Below are positions 36,911-47,997 of a stretch of DNA of 64,000 nt, in pieces (the stretch's first letter is position 1; each line of letters opens with the position of its first letter). Both the position numbers and the translations under genes were made by a program. The notes beneath the pieces were generated by a model. It ran no database searches. It was not told the origin of the DNA and saw only the letters and a list, made by a program, of their open reading frames with translations. The DNA is from Rhizophagus irregularis (lineage: Eukaryota): contig NC_089433.1 of assembly GCF_026210795.1 (NCBI RefSeq), positions 3,348,001 to 3,412,000 of the forward strand. The letters run 5' to 3'.

Positions 36911-39607
36911 ATGTCAGATATATATGATCATTGGTTACAACATAGGACATTACATAATACACAAAAACATACTTCACGTGTAGAAAACCCAGTCTTAGAT
37001 TTCGCGTGTAGAAAATGTTATCCAATAGCAATAATACAAGAAGAGATAATAAAAGAATTTTTAAAATTCTGGGAAATTTTATGTGGAATAGAAACCCAAA
37101 TTTACGAAGATAGTTATACATCTAAAACAATAATTTCCTTTGGGGAAATAGTAGAAAGTAATAAAGATGAGATTACAAGAGAAGCAACAAATCTTATATG
37201 GTCAATTAGTTATAAAGGAAAACCCCACTATAAGTTAGATGGTTTAATTTACATTATATGGGAAATTAAACAAAACTGTTATAATTATAATGAAGAGGGA
37301 AATATTTACTTTGTAGATAATAAAACCCAACTTTACGAAACTTTACAAGAGATATGTGAACTACAAAATCATGGTTACATAATAGGTGATGGGGAATTAA
37401 ATCATAGATTTGCAGAATTTTGGAATTGGATAATTTTAGATACTACAGCATATGATTTATTCGATCAAATTGAAACATTAAAAATATTTAGAGAGATATT
37501 ATACTTAGGAGAGAAAATTAGAGTAAATAGAAATGAGATTAGAAGGTTACAAAAGAGCATAAAATTCCACAAAGAAGATACTTATTATCCCCAACCATGG
37601 AAAAATGATTATCTCACAAATGCTATAGAAACCCAATTACTAACAACTAATGGATTTAAAGGAGAAATTGTGATAGAAAACCCAAATTTGAAGGAAGAGA
37701 ATGATGAATATAACATAATAATCGAAATATTACAAGAAAGAGGAATACAAATAGGGAAGGAAGACTTGATGAGAATAATATTCACATTAGGGTATAACCC
37801 AGCACAAATATACTTAAAAGGATTCATAGAGACCTATATTGAAAATGAAGGAGAAAGTAATGACGTGTTAAAAACAATATTGGATAAATGGATAAGTGAA
37901 CACCAAATTGAGGAGTCACATGATGAATTTTCGTCTGATGAAGATGAAAATGTTATAAAAACCCCACCAAATCCCTCAAGTTCTGAAGAATCAGAAAACT
38001 CAAGTAATAATACAACAGAAAATAATAGTATACATAATACAAGAACAAATACCCCAACCTCAGGAAACTCAACTAGAAGTAATAGTCCACTACCAATAAT
38101 GGCTACCAGAGATGAAGTAAGAGAAGATATTAGAACAGTAATGAGAACTATCTTTGGAATAGATCCAGGAGCAGTCTTGAATACAGCCCCACCTAATACA
38201 ATAAATGCTACCTTAACAGGCATGTTAAATCCACTTAATAGAGCTGCAAAAATAGCAGAATTACCACTCTTTTATGGAGGGGATCAAGACGCTAATGATT
38301 GGATCAGAGATTTTAATAATGTGTATGCAGGAAACAGATATGTTGATGATCAAGCAGCAAAATTAGTGAGAGCAAAACCATGTTTAAGAGAAGAAGCAGC
38401 AGACTGGTTAGAAGGAATAGTTGCTTTAGGAAATCTAGCTGGTTTTGATAATGCAAACGATAATACTAGTTTAGCATATGAGATGAAAAGTAAATATGCC
38501 AGTCCTGTTAGACAACAACAATGGACAAGAGAATTACAATCTATCAAACAAAAAGATGGAGAGAAAGTGGGAGAATATGCGGCGAGATTTAATAAATTAT
38601 TAAAAAGAGTAGCACCAGAAGCTGGTGATTTACATGAAAGATTTAGAGTAAATTATTTTATACAAGGGTTAAATCCTATAGTCGCTGGAAGGACATTTGA
38701 AGGGAATTCTGATACTTTAGTTAATGCAATTACTAGAGCAAAAAGTATAGAAGCAGGTAATAATTTGATGTTACAAGGAATGGGAATCCCCAATTTAAAT
38801 ATAAATGAAAGCTCAACAAGTAAAACCCCAAACGTTATAGTTGATAATAATATTACAAGTGAAGTAGATAATTTAGCCAAACAGTTGGAAGAATTAAAGA
38901 TTGCTAAATTAGAAAAAGAAATATTAAGTATTAAAAATGAGATAAATAATAATAATAACACTCAAAAACCCCAATTTAGACCACCAAGACGTCAAGTGAA
39001 TAGGCCCCAATTTCAACAAAGACCACCAATGGATTGGAGCAGAGTTAACTGCTATAAGTGTGGTAAATTAGGACATACTGCCAGATTTTGTAGAGAAAAT
39101 ACTCAACAATATAATGTGATTGATATGGAAGATGATAATCAAGATTATCATTATGATGATGAAACAGGATTATACTATTACTTTGATTACGATTATCAAC
39201 AATATTTTTATCTTGACGAAGAATCCCAAAATGAGTTATATTATCAAGATAACGAATATTATCCAGCAGAAAGGACAACTAGGAGTCAAGTAAGAAACAA
39301 CCCATTGGTAGGTAATAAAACATTACCTGATAGAGATCCAATTATTAAAAGAAAACCAGTAAACAATGATATAGAGATGACTGAGAGAGTTAGAAGACCA
39401 TATGTTAGGAAAGGAGAAGGAAAATTTCAAATTAAACCTAGTAGATTCGAAACTGATGCACAAGATTATGATATAGTAAGCGATTTAGAAAATATGAAAC
39501 CCAACATTAATTTCACACAATTAGTAGCAGCAGCACCTAAATATGGTATGGAAGTCAAGAAAGCATTTCAAAGACAAAGAATACCTAGAATGCCAAATCA
39601 ACAATGA
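36911..39607 (+). CDS. gag: Gag (898 aa): long N-terminal extension, retrotransposon capsid, CCHC zinc knuckle
   Basis: LPLFYGG..DANDW, IKQKDGEKVGEYAARF, FIQGL, CYKCGKLGHTARFC. Confidence 0.93.
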   Translation: MSDIYDHWLQHRTLHNTQKHTSRVENPVLDFACRKCYPIAIIQEEIIKEFLKFWEILCGIETQIYEDSYTSKTIISFGEIVESNKDEITREATNLIWSISYKGKPHYKLDGLIYIIWEIKQNCYNYNEEGNIYFVDNKTQLYETLQEICELQNHGYIIGDGELNHRFAEFWNWIILDTTAYDLFDQIETLKIFREILYLGEKIRVNRNEIRRLQKSIKFHKEDTYYPQPWKNDYLTNAIETQLLTTNGFKGEIVIENPNLKEENDEYNIIIEILQERGIQIGKEDLMRIIFTLGYNPAQIYLKGFIETYIENEGESNDVLKTILDKWISEHQIEESHDEFSSDEDENVIKTPPNPSSSEESENSSNNTTENNSIHNTRTNTPTSGNSTRSNSPLPIMATRDEVREDIRTVMRTIFGIDPGAVLNTAPPNTINATLTGMLNPLNRAAKIAELPLFYGGDQDANDWIRDFNNVYAGNRYVDDQAAKLVRAKPCLREEAADWLEGIVALGNLAGFDNANDNTSLAYEMKSKYASPVRQQQWTRELQSIKQKDGEKVGEYAARFNKLLKRVAPEAGDLHERFRVNYFIQGLNPIVAGRTFEGNSDTLVNAITRAKSIEAGNNLMLQGMGIPNLNINESSTSKTPNVIVDNNITSEVDNLAKQLEELKIAKLEKEILSIKNEINNNNNTQKPQFRPPRRQVNRPQFQQRPPMDWSRVNCYKCGKLGHTARFCRENTQQYNVIDMEDDNQDYHYDDETGLYYYFDYDYQQYFYLDEESQNELYYQDNEYYPAERTTRSQVRNNPLVGNKTLPDRDPIIKRKPVNNDIEMTERVRRPYVRKGEGKFQIKPSRFETDAQDYDIVSDLENMKPNINFTQLVAAAPKYGMEVKKAFQRQRIPRMPNQQ

Positions 39608-40186
39608 CTACACTCGGACGAAAAAGAATTAAGATATTATGATGAAAATAAAGAAGTAACAATAGCTATGAAAACCCCAATTTTTATAAATGGAATTGAA
39701 ATTAAAGCCATAGTAGATACTGGAGCAGCCACATGTGCTATATCAAAAGGATTATTAATAGAGACAGGAAATGAAATTGAAAGATCAAGTAATGTAAGAT
39801 GTATAATGGCAAATGGATCTAAAACAGCATCATTAGGTAAATCAACCTTAGAAATTGAAATTGATGAAATAATAACAGAAATTGAAGTTGAAGTAATTAA
39901 TTCACAAGATAGAATGTTAATAATTGGCAATGATTTTATGAGTGATTGGAAAGCTAATATAGACTTTAAAACCCACACCTTAACATTAAATGATCAAGGA
40001 CATGAAATATACATACCAATTGAATATATCAAAAGTAATAGAGTTAAATTTGAAACCCCAATTCAGGATGAATACACTGATGATGAAGAAGACCCCACAT
40101 ACGAAGATAATGAAGAAATTGAAACTTTTAGAGTTGAAGATTTAGAAGAAGAGTATATCAGCGAAGATGAAGAAGAAGTAAAATAA
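39608..40186 (+). CDS. Retropepsin aspartic protease, in frame with gag behind a TGA
   Basis: AIVDTGA and IIGNDF motifs; 20 open codons between the gag stop and the ATG at 39668. Confidence 0.92.
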   Translation, partial: LHSDEKELRYYDENKEVTIAMKTPIFINGIEIKAIVDTGAATCAISKGLLIETGNEIERSSNVRCIMANGSKTASLGKSTLEIEIDEIITEIEVEVINSQDRMLIIGNDFMSDWKANIDFKTHTLTLNDQGHEIYIPIEYIKSNRVKFETPIQDEYTDDEEDPTYEDNEEIETFRVEDLEEEYISEDEEEVK

Positions 40187-41645
40187 TGAGTCTTGGCCCA
40201 GAAAAGGGAGAGACAGAAAAGATGCTAGAAAAGTTAAAATTACGAAATTTAAATAAAAACCAAGAGAAAATAACAAAAGAACTAGTAATAGAATATATGG
40301 ATATTATGGAATATGATAAGGAAAAACCCAATTTAGTACCAAATGTTAAACATCGTATAATAATAAATGAAGGCAAACCCCAATTTTACAAAAAGGTTAT
40401 AGAGAAACTTTGGAAAAAAAGAAATTCATAAAGAAAGAAATAGAGAAAATGTTGAGAGTAGGAAGGATTAGACCGTCATATAGTCCTTGGGCGTCCCCAG
40501 TAACATTAGCTAATAAGAAAAGTGGTACCTATAGATTTTGTATTGATTATAGAGCGCTTAACAAAGTTACTAAAACAGATGCATATCCTTTACCAAGAAT
40601 TGATGAATTACTAGAACGATACGAAACATCAAAATGGTTTACAAGTATGGATTTAGCAGCAGGATTCCATCAAGTAGAAATGGACGAAGAAGATAAAGAA
40701 AAAACAGCTTTTGTGTGTTCATTAGGATTATTTGAATTTAATGTTATGCCATTTGGACTTAAAAATGCCCCAGCTACCTTCCAAAGGTTAATGAATAATG
40801 TTTTATACGATTTTATTGGAGATTTTGTTGAAGTTTACATTGATGACATAATGATACACTCTAAAAATTTTGAAGATCATATTATACATGTGACTAAAGT
40901 ATTACAGAAATTAAGAGAACATAATTTGGTCGTAAAGTTAAAGAAGAGTAGATTCTGTGAACAACAAATTGAATTTTTAGGTCATGAAATTGGTAAAGAT
41001 GGTATAAAACCCAATTCTAAGAAAGTAGAAACAATTAGTAAAATAAAAGAATCCCAAACTTTAACAGAATTATGATCATTCTTAGGATTATGTTCATATT
41101 ATAGGAGATTTATTAAAGATTTCTCCAAGAGAGCTAAACTACTATATAAATTATTAGAAAAAGATGTTCCATATGAATGGATGGATGAACAACAAGATAC
41201 CTTCGAATGGTTAAAACAATGTCTAACTGAAAGCCCAATTTTGTCACACCCAAATTTTGAAAAAGAATTTATTTTGATAACAGATGCATCAGCAGATGGA
41301 TTAGGCGCTATATTGGCTCAGAAAAATGATAAAGATAAGGAAGTTGTGATAGCATATGCCAGCAGAAGCACCAATAAAACCGAAAGAAATTATCCTATAA
41401 CAGATTTAGAATGCTTGGCAATAGTATATGGAGTTGAATATTTCCATAAATTTTTGATAAATAAAAGATTTAAGATAATCACAGATCATGCAGCCCTTAA
41501 AAGCTTAGTAAATGAAAAGATTCCAAAAGGAAGGCGTGCAAGATGGATAATGAAATTACAACAATATGATTTCTTTGTAGAACATAGACCAGGAAAGAAA
41601 AATGGGAATGCTGACGCACTTTCAAGATTAAAATATAAACAATAA
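40186..41645 (+). pseudogene. pol: Reverse transcriptase-RNase H with one frameshift (~40390) and one premature TGA (41073)
   Basis: SPWASP, RFCIDYR, YPLPRID, MPFGLKNAPATFQ, YIDD, TDAS, VIAYASR, ITDH, NADALSR. Confidence 0.93.
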
Positions 41646-42078
41646 TTAAGATTAATTAATTTAGTGTAATGCACAAATTAAAAGCCCAAATCTTGTTGAA
41701 CATTTAAGGAAATAAAATTAGTGATGAAACACTCCTTGGCGTAAAAGATTTTAGAATTTTTAGATGGAAAATCAGAAACAATCAAAACCCAAATCTTAAT
41801 ATTATTCTGATAATATAAACAAATTATCATGAGGAGGATTTGTTTATTTAAAGATGTAAACAATAATTTAAAAGATACGCCAAGATCATCTAAAGATGCA
41901 CCAGTAAAATTGATGATGATCATTCAACTGTGGAAATAAAATTATTATAAAAAGACACCATTCAAGATGGTAAAATGAGATTATACAAATCATAGTTTTA
42001 ATAATAAACTAATAATTTTTTTTCCAAGAAACCAAAAACTCAAAATCTAAATCAAAAATTTAAAAACCCAAATTCAAG

Positions 42079-43824
42079 ATGAACTCAACAGTTGAACAAC
42101 TTAAGGAAGTTCTTAACATGCCCAATCCTCAGAATTTTAGGATTAAGACCGACTTAGGTCAAAGATGTAAAAGGTGTACAGGAAGATGTCAAAACAACCA
42201 TTATAGCCTGGATAGAGAGTATGGAGAACTAAAAGTTGTGATAAGCAATATGCTAAAGCATAAAGAGCCCATGGAATGCTTTAAACATTCAACAGTAACC
42301 TATCATCCACCACATAATTGTAATAAAGCTAAATGTGAAAGATGTGGATCTTGGGGACATAGTAAGGAGGTATGCAATGATAAGTTATACTATTGGAATA
42401 GGTTGTGCCTATGCAAATGTGATGGAAGGAGATGTAAAAGACGAAGATCAGAAACCCAATTTAAAGGAGGCAATCATTGTTGCACCTGCCAGAAACCTGT
42501 AATATTCTATGAGGCATACAGTAATTATAAAATAGGAAAATTAAGATGCAATGAATGTCATGAGAATAGCGTTAATAACAAAAGACCACCTACACCAGAT
42601 ACTGACGAAGGTAACAAAAAGCCCAAATTTAATATACCAGAACCTGAAGATCCAATGCAAGATATGGAGTTAAACCCACCAAGGATCCAAAATAAAGGAA
42701 AAGAGAAACAAAAATATACTGAAATCAAATGTACGAATTGTAACAGAAAGGAAAGCCCCATTAATTGTATCAATAATTTAGGTATTTGTGACAAATGTGA
42801 TGAGAAAAGAGAATGATTGGAACGAACAGGAAGTACCTCCTGTATAAAGACTTGTACAGTTTGCCGACTACAAACTGATAACTTTGAGTCAAGATCATCA
42901 GGAGCTATAGTATGTGGAGAGGAATGTAATGGAGTGTTAACTATTATGAATATGGTTAACAAGGATAAATCAGGAAAACCCCAATCCCAATTAATTTAAG
43001 AGAAATTACAAATTTGGATAGATAAACTTGGATATGATCCAGAAGATGAAGATGATATGAGCGAAGAACAGGATAAAATCAATAAAATGTCAGGAAAAAT
43101 TCAAAAATACCTTAAGAAAGAATTCAAAGAAAGGATATTTTCTGAATATCCAAAAGAAAGGATTGAAGAAGCTTTAGATGTTATAGTACCACCAGAGATA
43201 ACAAATATGATATCTGAACATATAGAGAATAAAGAATTAACTCAAGTGATACCTATTAGAACCATTAATGATACTATTGAATGGACCGAAGAGATCAGAC
43301 AACCATGGGAATTGAATGGAGAATTCATATGGCCAGAAGAAGAATTATTAGAAAACCCCATTCCTATAATGAATATAATTCAAGAAGTAAATCCCACCGA
43401 TAACAGAATAATTGAACTTCAAAACCATATTGTGAAACTAGAAAATGAAATTGCAATAAAGGACCAAATGAATGAAGGATTAAGGAATCAATTAGAGGAA
43501 ACCCAATATCAACTTAACGAAACAGCGAGAATGTGCAATGAAAATGCAAATATGGTGATGAACGCTCAAGAGTGGATGAAATATTTCAAAAATAAATATG
43601 ACAGAAGGAATAAATGGGTAAATGAATTAAAAAAGAAAGGTAATATTTTGTTAACAAAATATGTCAACAAAAATAATGATTTGAAAGAGAGGATAGAGGA
43701 ATTAGAGCAAGAAATAAATTTTGGAAACGTGTTATTTAATCAGATAATAGATCTTAATATGACAATTAGTTCAGACATAGATATAGATCCTTCTATGGAA
43801 AACATGGAACTCTTAAGATATTAA
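42079..43824 (+). pseudogene. Accessory Cys-rich multi-zinc-finger / coiled-coil protein (~580 codons, two premature stops)
   Basis: ORFs 42079-42816, 42817-42999 and 43057-43824 share one frame, split by TGA and TAA. CERCGSWGHSKEVC knuckle plus many CxxC pairs; C-terminal coiled coil. Confidence 0.75.
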
Positions 43825-44263
43825 TTGAAATTTTTATAAATAAAGCCCAATTTTTATAAACCCAAACTCAAATTTTCAAAATGAAACAAAAATATGTAAA
43901 AATAAAAGATGAATAGCATTTTATTTCGTATACTAAAAACCCAAATTTTGAGTTCAAATATTTTACAGATAATGAAGCGATGTTACTCAAGTTAGGAGAA
44001 AGGACCAAAGAAATTTTATTAAAACGAAATAATAGAAAAACCCAACCCATTTTAATAATAATTGATGGAGTAGATGGCGTAGGAAAAACTACTATAGTAG
44101 AAAATATAATTAGAAAAATTGAAGCCCAGAATCTTAAAATCATTTTTAACACTTTCAAAAGAAGGAGAGGTGATAATAAATTATTTGAGACCCCAACCAT
44201 CAAATATGAATGGATGTTTCGAAAAGAAGTAGTTGAACAAATTAACAAGAGATTAGTAACATA

Positions 44264-46332
44264 CACAGGCAATCTCGATAAATCGGATCAGTTGGTTCCA
44301 GTAAAAATATCCGATATATCAAGACATCCGATATATCGAAAAAATCTCGCCAAACCGGATTTATATAAAAATATATGAAAAATCCGAAATACCAAGAAAT
44401 CACGTGATTTTTCGTTCAAAATTTTCAAAATTTTATTCAAAAATGAATATAATTTTATTATTATAAAAGAACTATCTGTCATACATTAAAATCAAAATAT
44501 TCATTTAGTTTACTTTGCCTTTTTTCATTTATATTATCAAAAAAGATCCTTTTTTTCAATTTAATTAAATTTTTCATTTCTAAATTACCAATTTCTAAAT
44601 CTTTTTGTTGAATATATTTAATTACATTTTCAATGCTATTTAACGCAACTATTGTAGAGATTTCATCTTGCTCCTCTTCCTCTTCAATTTCCCTTTCATT
44701 TGTTCCCTTTACAACGTCAACAATTTCTTGTAATGATAATTCCTCTTCAGCAGATGCTCTATTATCAATATTAATATAGTCATTCACAGCTAAAGGATCT
44801 ACGAATCCTAACTCATCAATTAATGATTGTAATTCATGTCCAATATTATCTTCTTCATAATCGGAATTGTCTGAACATTCAGAATCTTCCATATTATTAT
44901 TGGGAAGGATTCCAGCTTTAGCCCAACTGTTAAGAATTGTTTTTTTAGATACTTTTTTCCAGGCATCAGCAATTAAATTGATTGAATCAAAAATATCAAT
45001 TGGGGGTGGAATGGGGTCTCCCTCTTCATAAAAAACATAAGCTTGAATACGATTTTGACATAGCAATTTGCGATATTGTGCTTTTAAACTATAAATAATG
45101 CCTTGATCTAATGGTTGAAGAAATGATGTTGTATTTGGTGGTAAAAAATGAACCTTAACATTTGAAAGACTATTGATGTTCTCAGATTCATGACATCTAG
45201 CATTATCTATTAGTAAAATAATATGCCGATTTTCTCTAAGCATTTTGGAATTTAATCTTTCAAGATAATGTTTGAAAATACTTCTTTGCATCCAAGCTTT
45301 AGAGTTCCAATAATACCAAACAGGGAGAGATCTTTTTTCAATTCCCTTTAATGCACGTGGTGTTTCATATTTATGAATAAAAACTAAAGGCAATCTTTCA
45401 TCACCAGAAGCATTACAAGTTGCCAAAATACTAACACGTTCTTTAGGACGTTTTTTACCAAGTACAGGATCATGTGCTATTGTTTTGGATGGTTCTAAAC
45501 GCCAAAAAAGAGCAGTTTCATCACAGTTCCAGATATCTTTTAGTTCATATGCTTGAAGAATTTCTCGTAATTCAGCTCTCATTTGTGGAAGTTCATCAAT
45601 AGGAGCACTGCCAGCTTCTCCTTTTTTTTTATATGTATGCAAATTATTTCTCTGTTTAAAGTTGCTTAACCATCCTGCAGATGCTGAAAAGTTGGTGATA
45701 TCAAGTAAGTTAGCACACTCTACTGCTTTTTGTTGGATAATAGGCCCATTTATAGTTAAATTTCTTGAAATTTGTTGATCAACCCAAATGCTTATTACTT
45801 CTTCTAGTTGTGGATAAACACTAGATTTTTCACGAAAATTATTTGCATTTGGTAAAGTGGTATCAATGGAAAGCCAATGTTCTGATCTTTTTAAAATATC
45901 AGAAACTGTGCTAGTGGAAATTCCATATTGTGCTGCTAATTGAACACCACTAAGTTTTTGATCTCTTTGTTTTTTGCAGAGTTCTTTCTTTTGAGCTAAT
46001 GTTAAAGATTTCTTCTTTTTATTATTCGTATCTTTGTTTTCTCTCATGCTAAAGTATATTTTGAAAAAAAAAACAGTGAGAAAAATTGTTTGCCTAATTA
46101 ATAAATGATTGACATAATTATTTCGGACTCCAAAAAAATTAATACGACATATCAAGATTTTTTAACTATAGTTGATCTAGAATAAAATCCGATTTACGAA
46201 ATATCGAGATTTTACTAATAAAGTCCGATATATCAAGACTGTTTTAATATAGATGATTTGGTTCCAGAAGAAAAATCCGAAATAGTGCCAAATCCGGTTT
46301 ATCGAGGATCCGATTTATCGAGATTGCCTGTG
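44264..46332 (-). mobile_element. pogo/Tigger-like Tc1-mariner superfamily DNA transposon (2069 bp)
   Basis: Perfect 26-bp TIR cacaggcaatctcgataaatcggatc; TA TSD at 44262-44263 and 46333-46334. Confidence 0.96.
44479..46047 (-). CDS. pogo-type transposase (CENP-B-like HTH domains + DDE_1), intact ORF
   Basis: LTLAQKKELC..YGISTSTVSDILK, FSASAGWLSNFKQR, WNCDETAL, LLIDNARCH, FLPPNTTSFLQPLDQGII; first ATG at 46047. Confidence 0.95.
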   Translation of the reverse strand: MRENKDTNNKKKKSLTLAQKKELCKKQRDQKLSGVQLAAQYGISTSTVSDILKRSEHWLSIDTTLPNANNFREKSSVYPQLEEVISIWVDQQISRNLTINGPIIQQKAVECANLLDITNFSASAGWLSNFKQRNNLHTYKKKGEAGSAPIDELPQMRAELREILQAYELKDIWNCDETALFWRLEPSKTIAHDPVLGKKRPKERVSILATCNASGDERLPLVFIHKYETPRALKGIEKRSLPVWYYWNSKAWMQRSIFKHYLERLNSKMLRENRHIILLIDNARCHESENINSLSNVKVHFLPPNTTSFLQPLDQGIIYSLKAQYRKLLCQNRIQAYVFYEEGDPIPPPIDIFDSINLIADAWKKVSKKTILNSWAKAGILPNNNMEDSECSDNSDYEEDNIGHELQSLIDELGFVDPLAVNDYINIDNRASAEEELSLQEIVDVVKGTNEREIEEEEEQDEISTIVALNSIENVIKYIQQKDLEIGNLEMKNLIKLKKRIFFDNINEKRQSKLNEYFDFNV

Positions 46333-46735
46333 TATACTGATGAAGATATAATTATAGTAGATAAATCCCCATACTGCGAATATTTTTATCAAAAGACAAG
46401 TAGTTTTGATAGAGGAATAATAAGACCTTTTGGAAATTTTAAAATGGAACAAGAAATTTTCAAATACAAAAATATAATTGATAATGCAGCAGTTATATTT
46501 TTAGAAAATAACGCATGTTGGAAAAATTACATAGGAAGAGAAACTAAAAAGAGTAATGGAGGATATAAAGCATCATATAATACACTCAAAGAAAACGAAT
46601 ATATGGAAATGGTTAAGATGTTCAAACAAAATCAAACAATATATGACAACAAAAAGAAATATAAAGCAGTAAAAATCCAGAACGATAACAAAAGTTGGAA
46701 AATTGTCTATAATGAAATTTTAAAAATAATAAAAA

Positions 46736-47893
46736 ATGGAAACTGACGAATATAATAAAATTGTTAAAAATATTCATGAAAACCCCAAATTTGAATTAAA
46801 AGAAGCCCAACTCTATAGAATAAAAGAAGATAAATTACTTAAAGTAATACAAAAACATGAAGTTGAAGGACTATTATATATGATGCACGATCATGAATTA
46901 TCAGCACATTTTGGAATAAAAGCAATACAAGATAAAATACGAGGAAAATATTGGTGGAATAAAATGATGAAAGATATAGAAAATTATGTTAAATCATGCG
47001 ATAGATGTCAAAGAAGAAATAAACCCCAAGGGAAGAATGAATTAAGCCCAATTAGCGTTAAAACCCCATTTTATCAGATAGGAATTGATTTTGTAGGACC
47101 ATTACCTGCTACTAAAAAGAGAAATCGATATATAATTGTAGCAATGGATTACTTTACTAAATGGCCAGAAGCAAGAGCGACTAAAAGAGATACAGCTGAA
47201 GAAGTAGTTAAATTTCTTTATGAGGATATTATATGTAGACATGGTTGTCCACGAAAAATAATTAGTGATAGAGGCAAACATTTTGACAATAAGATGGTAG
47301 AATTATTAACTAAAAAGTTTGAAATAAAACATAATTTATCAACAAGTTATCATCCCCAAACTAATGGATTAGTAGAAAGATTTAATAAGACGTTATGCGA
47401 ATCATTAGCTAAATTGCAAGAAGATAAACAATGGGACGATAAAATACCATCAGTATTATTTGCATATAGAAATAAAACCCACTCTTCTACAAAAACCAAA
47501 CCATTTTATTTAGTATATGGACGAAAAGCTAATTTCATTGAAGAAGAAACCCAAACCACAGAGAGACTAAATGAGATTATAGAAGGACTACCTTTTCAAA
47601 GAAATATAGCAAAAGAAGAAATTTTAAGATCTCAGGTAAAACAGAAAGAATATCATGATAGCAGAAGTAAAAGGAAAGAAGAATTTAAAATAGGAGACGA
47701 AGTATTAAGATATAACGCAGCACAGCAAAATTCTAAATCAAATAAATTAGACGATAAATGGTCAGGACTATACTTAATACATGAAATATTATTAAATGGA
47801 TCTTATAAATTAAAAGAGTTAGATGGAAAAATATTGAGAAACCCTACGAATGGAGAATTATTGAAGAGATATTTCACGAGAGAACTTAGATAA
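46736..47893 (+). CDS. Integrase (HHCC, DDE core, GPY/F-like C-terminus) as a separate ORF
   Basis: HD..AHFG..CDRCQ, IGIDFVGP, MDYFTKW, IISDRG, YHPQTNGLVERFN; ATG overlaps the end of the kinase ORF; no chromodomain. Confidence 0.95.
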   Translation: METDEYNKIVKNIHENPKFELKEAQLYRIKEDKLLKVIQKHEVEGLLYMMHDHELSAHFGIKAIQDKIRGKYWWNKMMKDIENYVKSCDRCQRRNKPQGKNELSPISVKTPFYQIGIDFVGPLPATKKRNRYIIVAMDYFTKWPEARATKRDTAEEVVKFLYEDIICRHGCPRKIISDRGKHFDNKMVELLTKKFEIKHNLSTSYHPQTNGLVERFNKTLCESLAKLQEDKQWDDKIPSVLFAYRNKTHSSTKTKPFYLVYGRKANFIEEETQTTERLNEIIEGLPFQRNIAKEEILRSQVKQKEYHDSRSKRKEEFKIGDEVLRYNAAQQNSKSNKLDDKWSGLYLIHEILLNGSYKLKELDGKILRNPTNGELLKRYFTRELR

Positions 47894-47997
47894 ATATCTT
47901 AATTAATTTACAAAATAAAAAGTAAAAGCACAATTGTTAAAGTAAAATATAAAATTTTATTGAAATTTTAAAAATCCCAAGAAGAAAAAGAAGAGAA

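Larger units (their letters stand above)
43881..46746 (+). pseudogene. Thymidylate/deoxynucleoside-kinase-like P-loop protein of element 1, split by a pogo transposon
   Basis: IIIDGVDGVGKTT before the insertion and IIIVDKSPYCEYFYQ after it. Removing 44264-46332 plus one TA restores ..RLVTYTDEDII.. in frame. Upstream ATG 43881 is in frame across one TAG. Confidence 0.85.

Noticed and set aside
42079..43824. env-like gene
   Set aside because: No signal peptide or transmembrane segment, wrong position, and zinc-finger/NLS features suggest a soluble nuclear protein.
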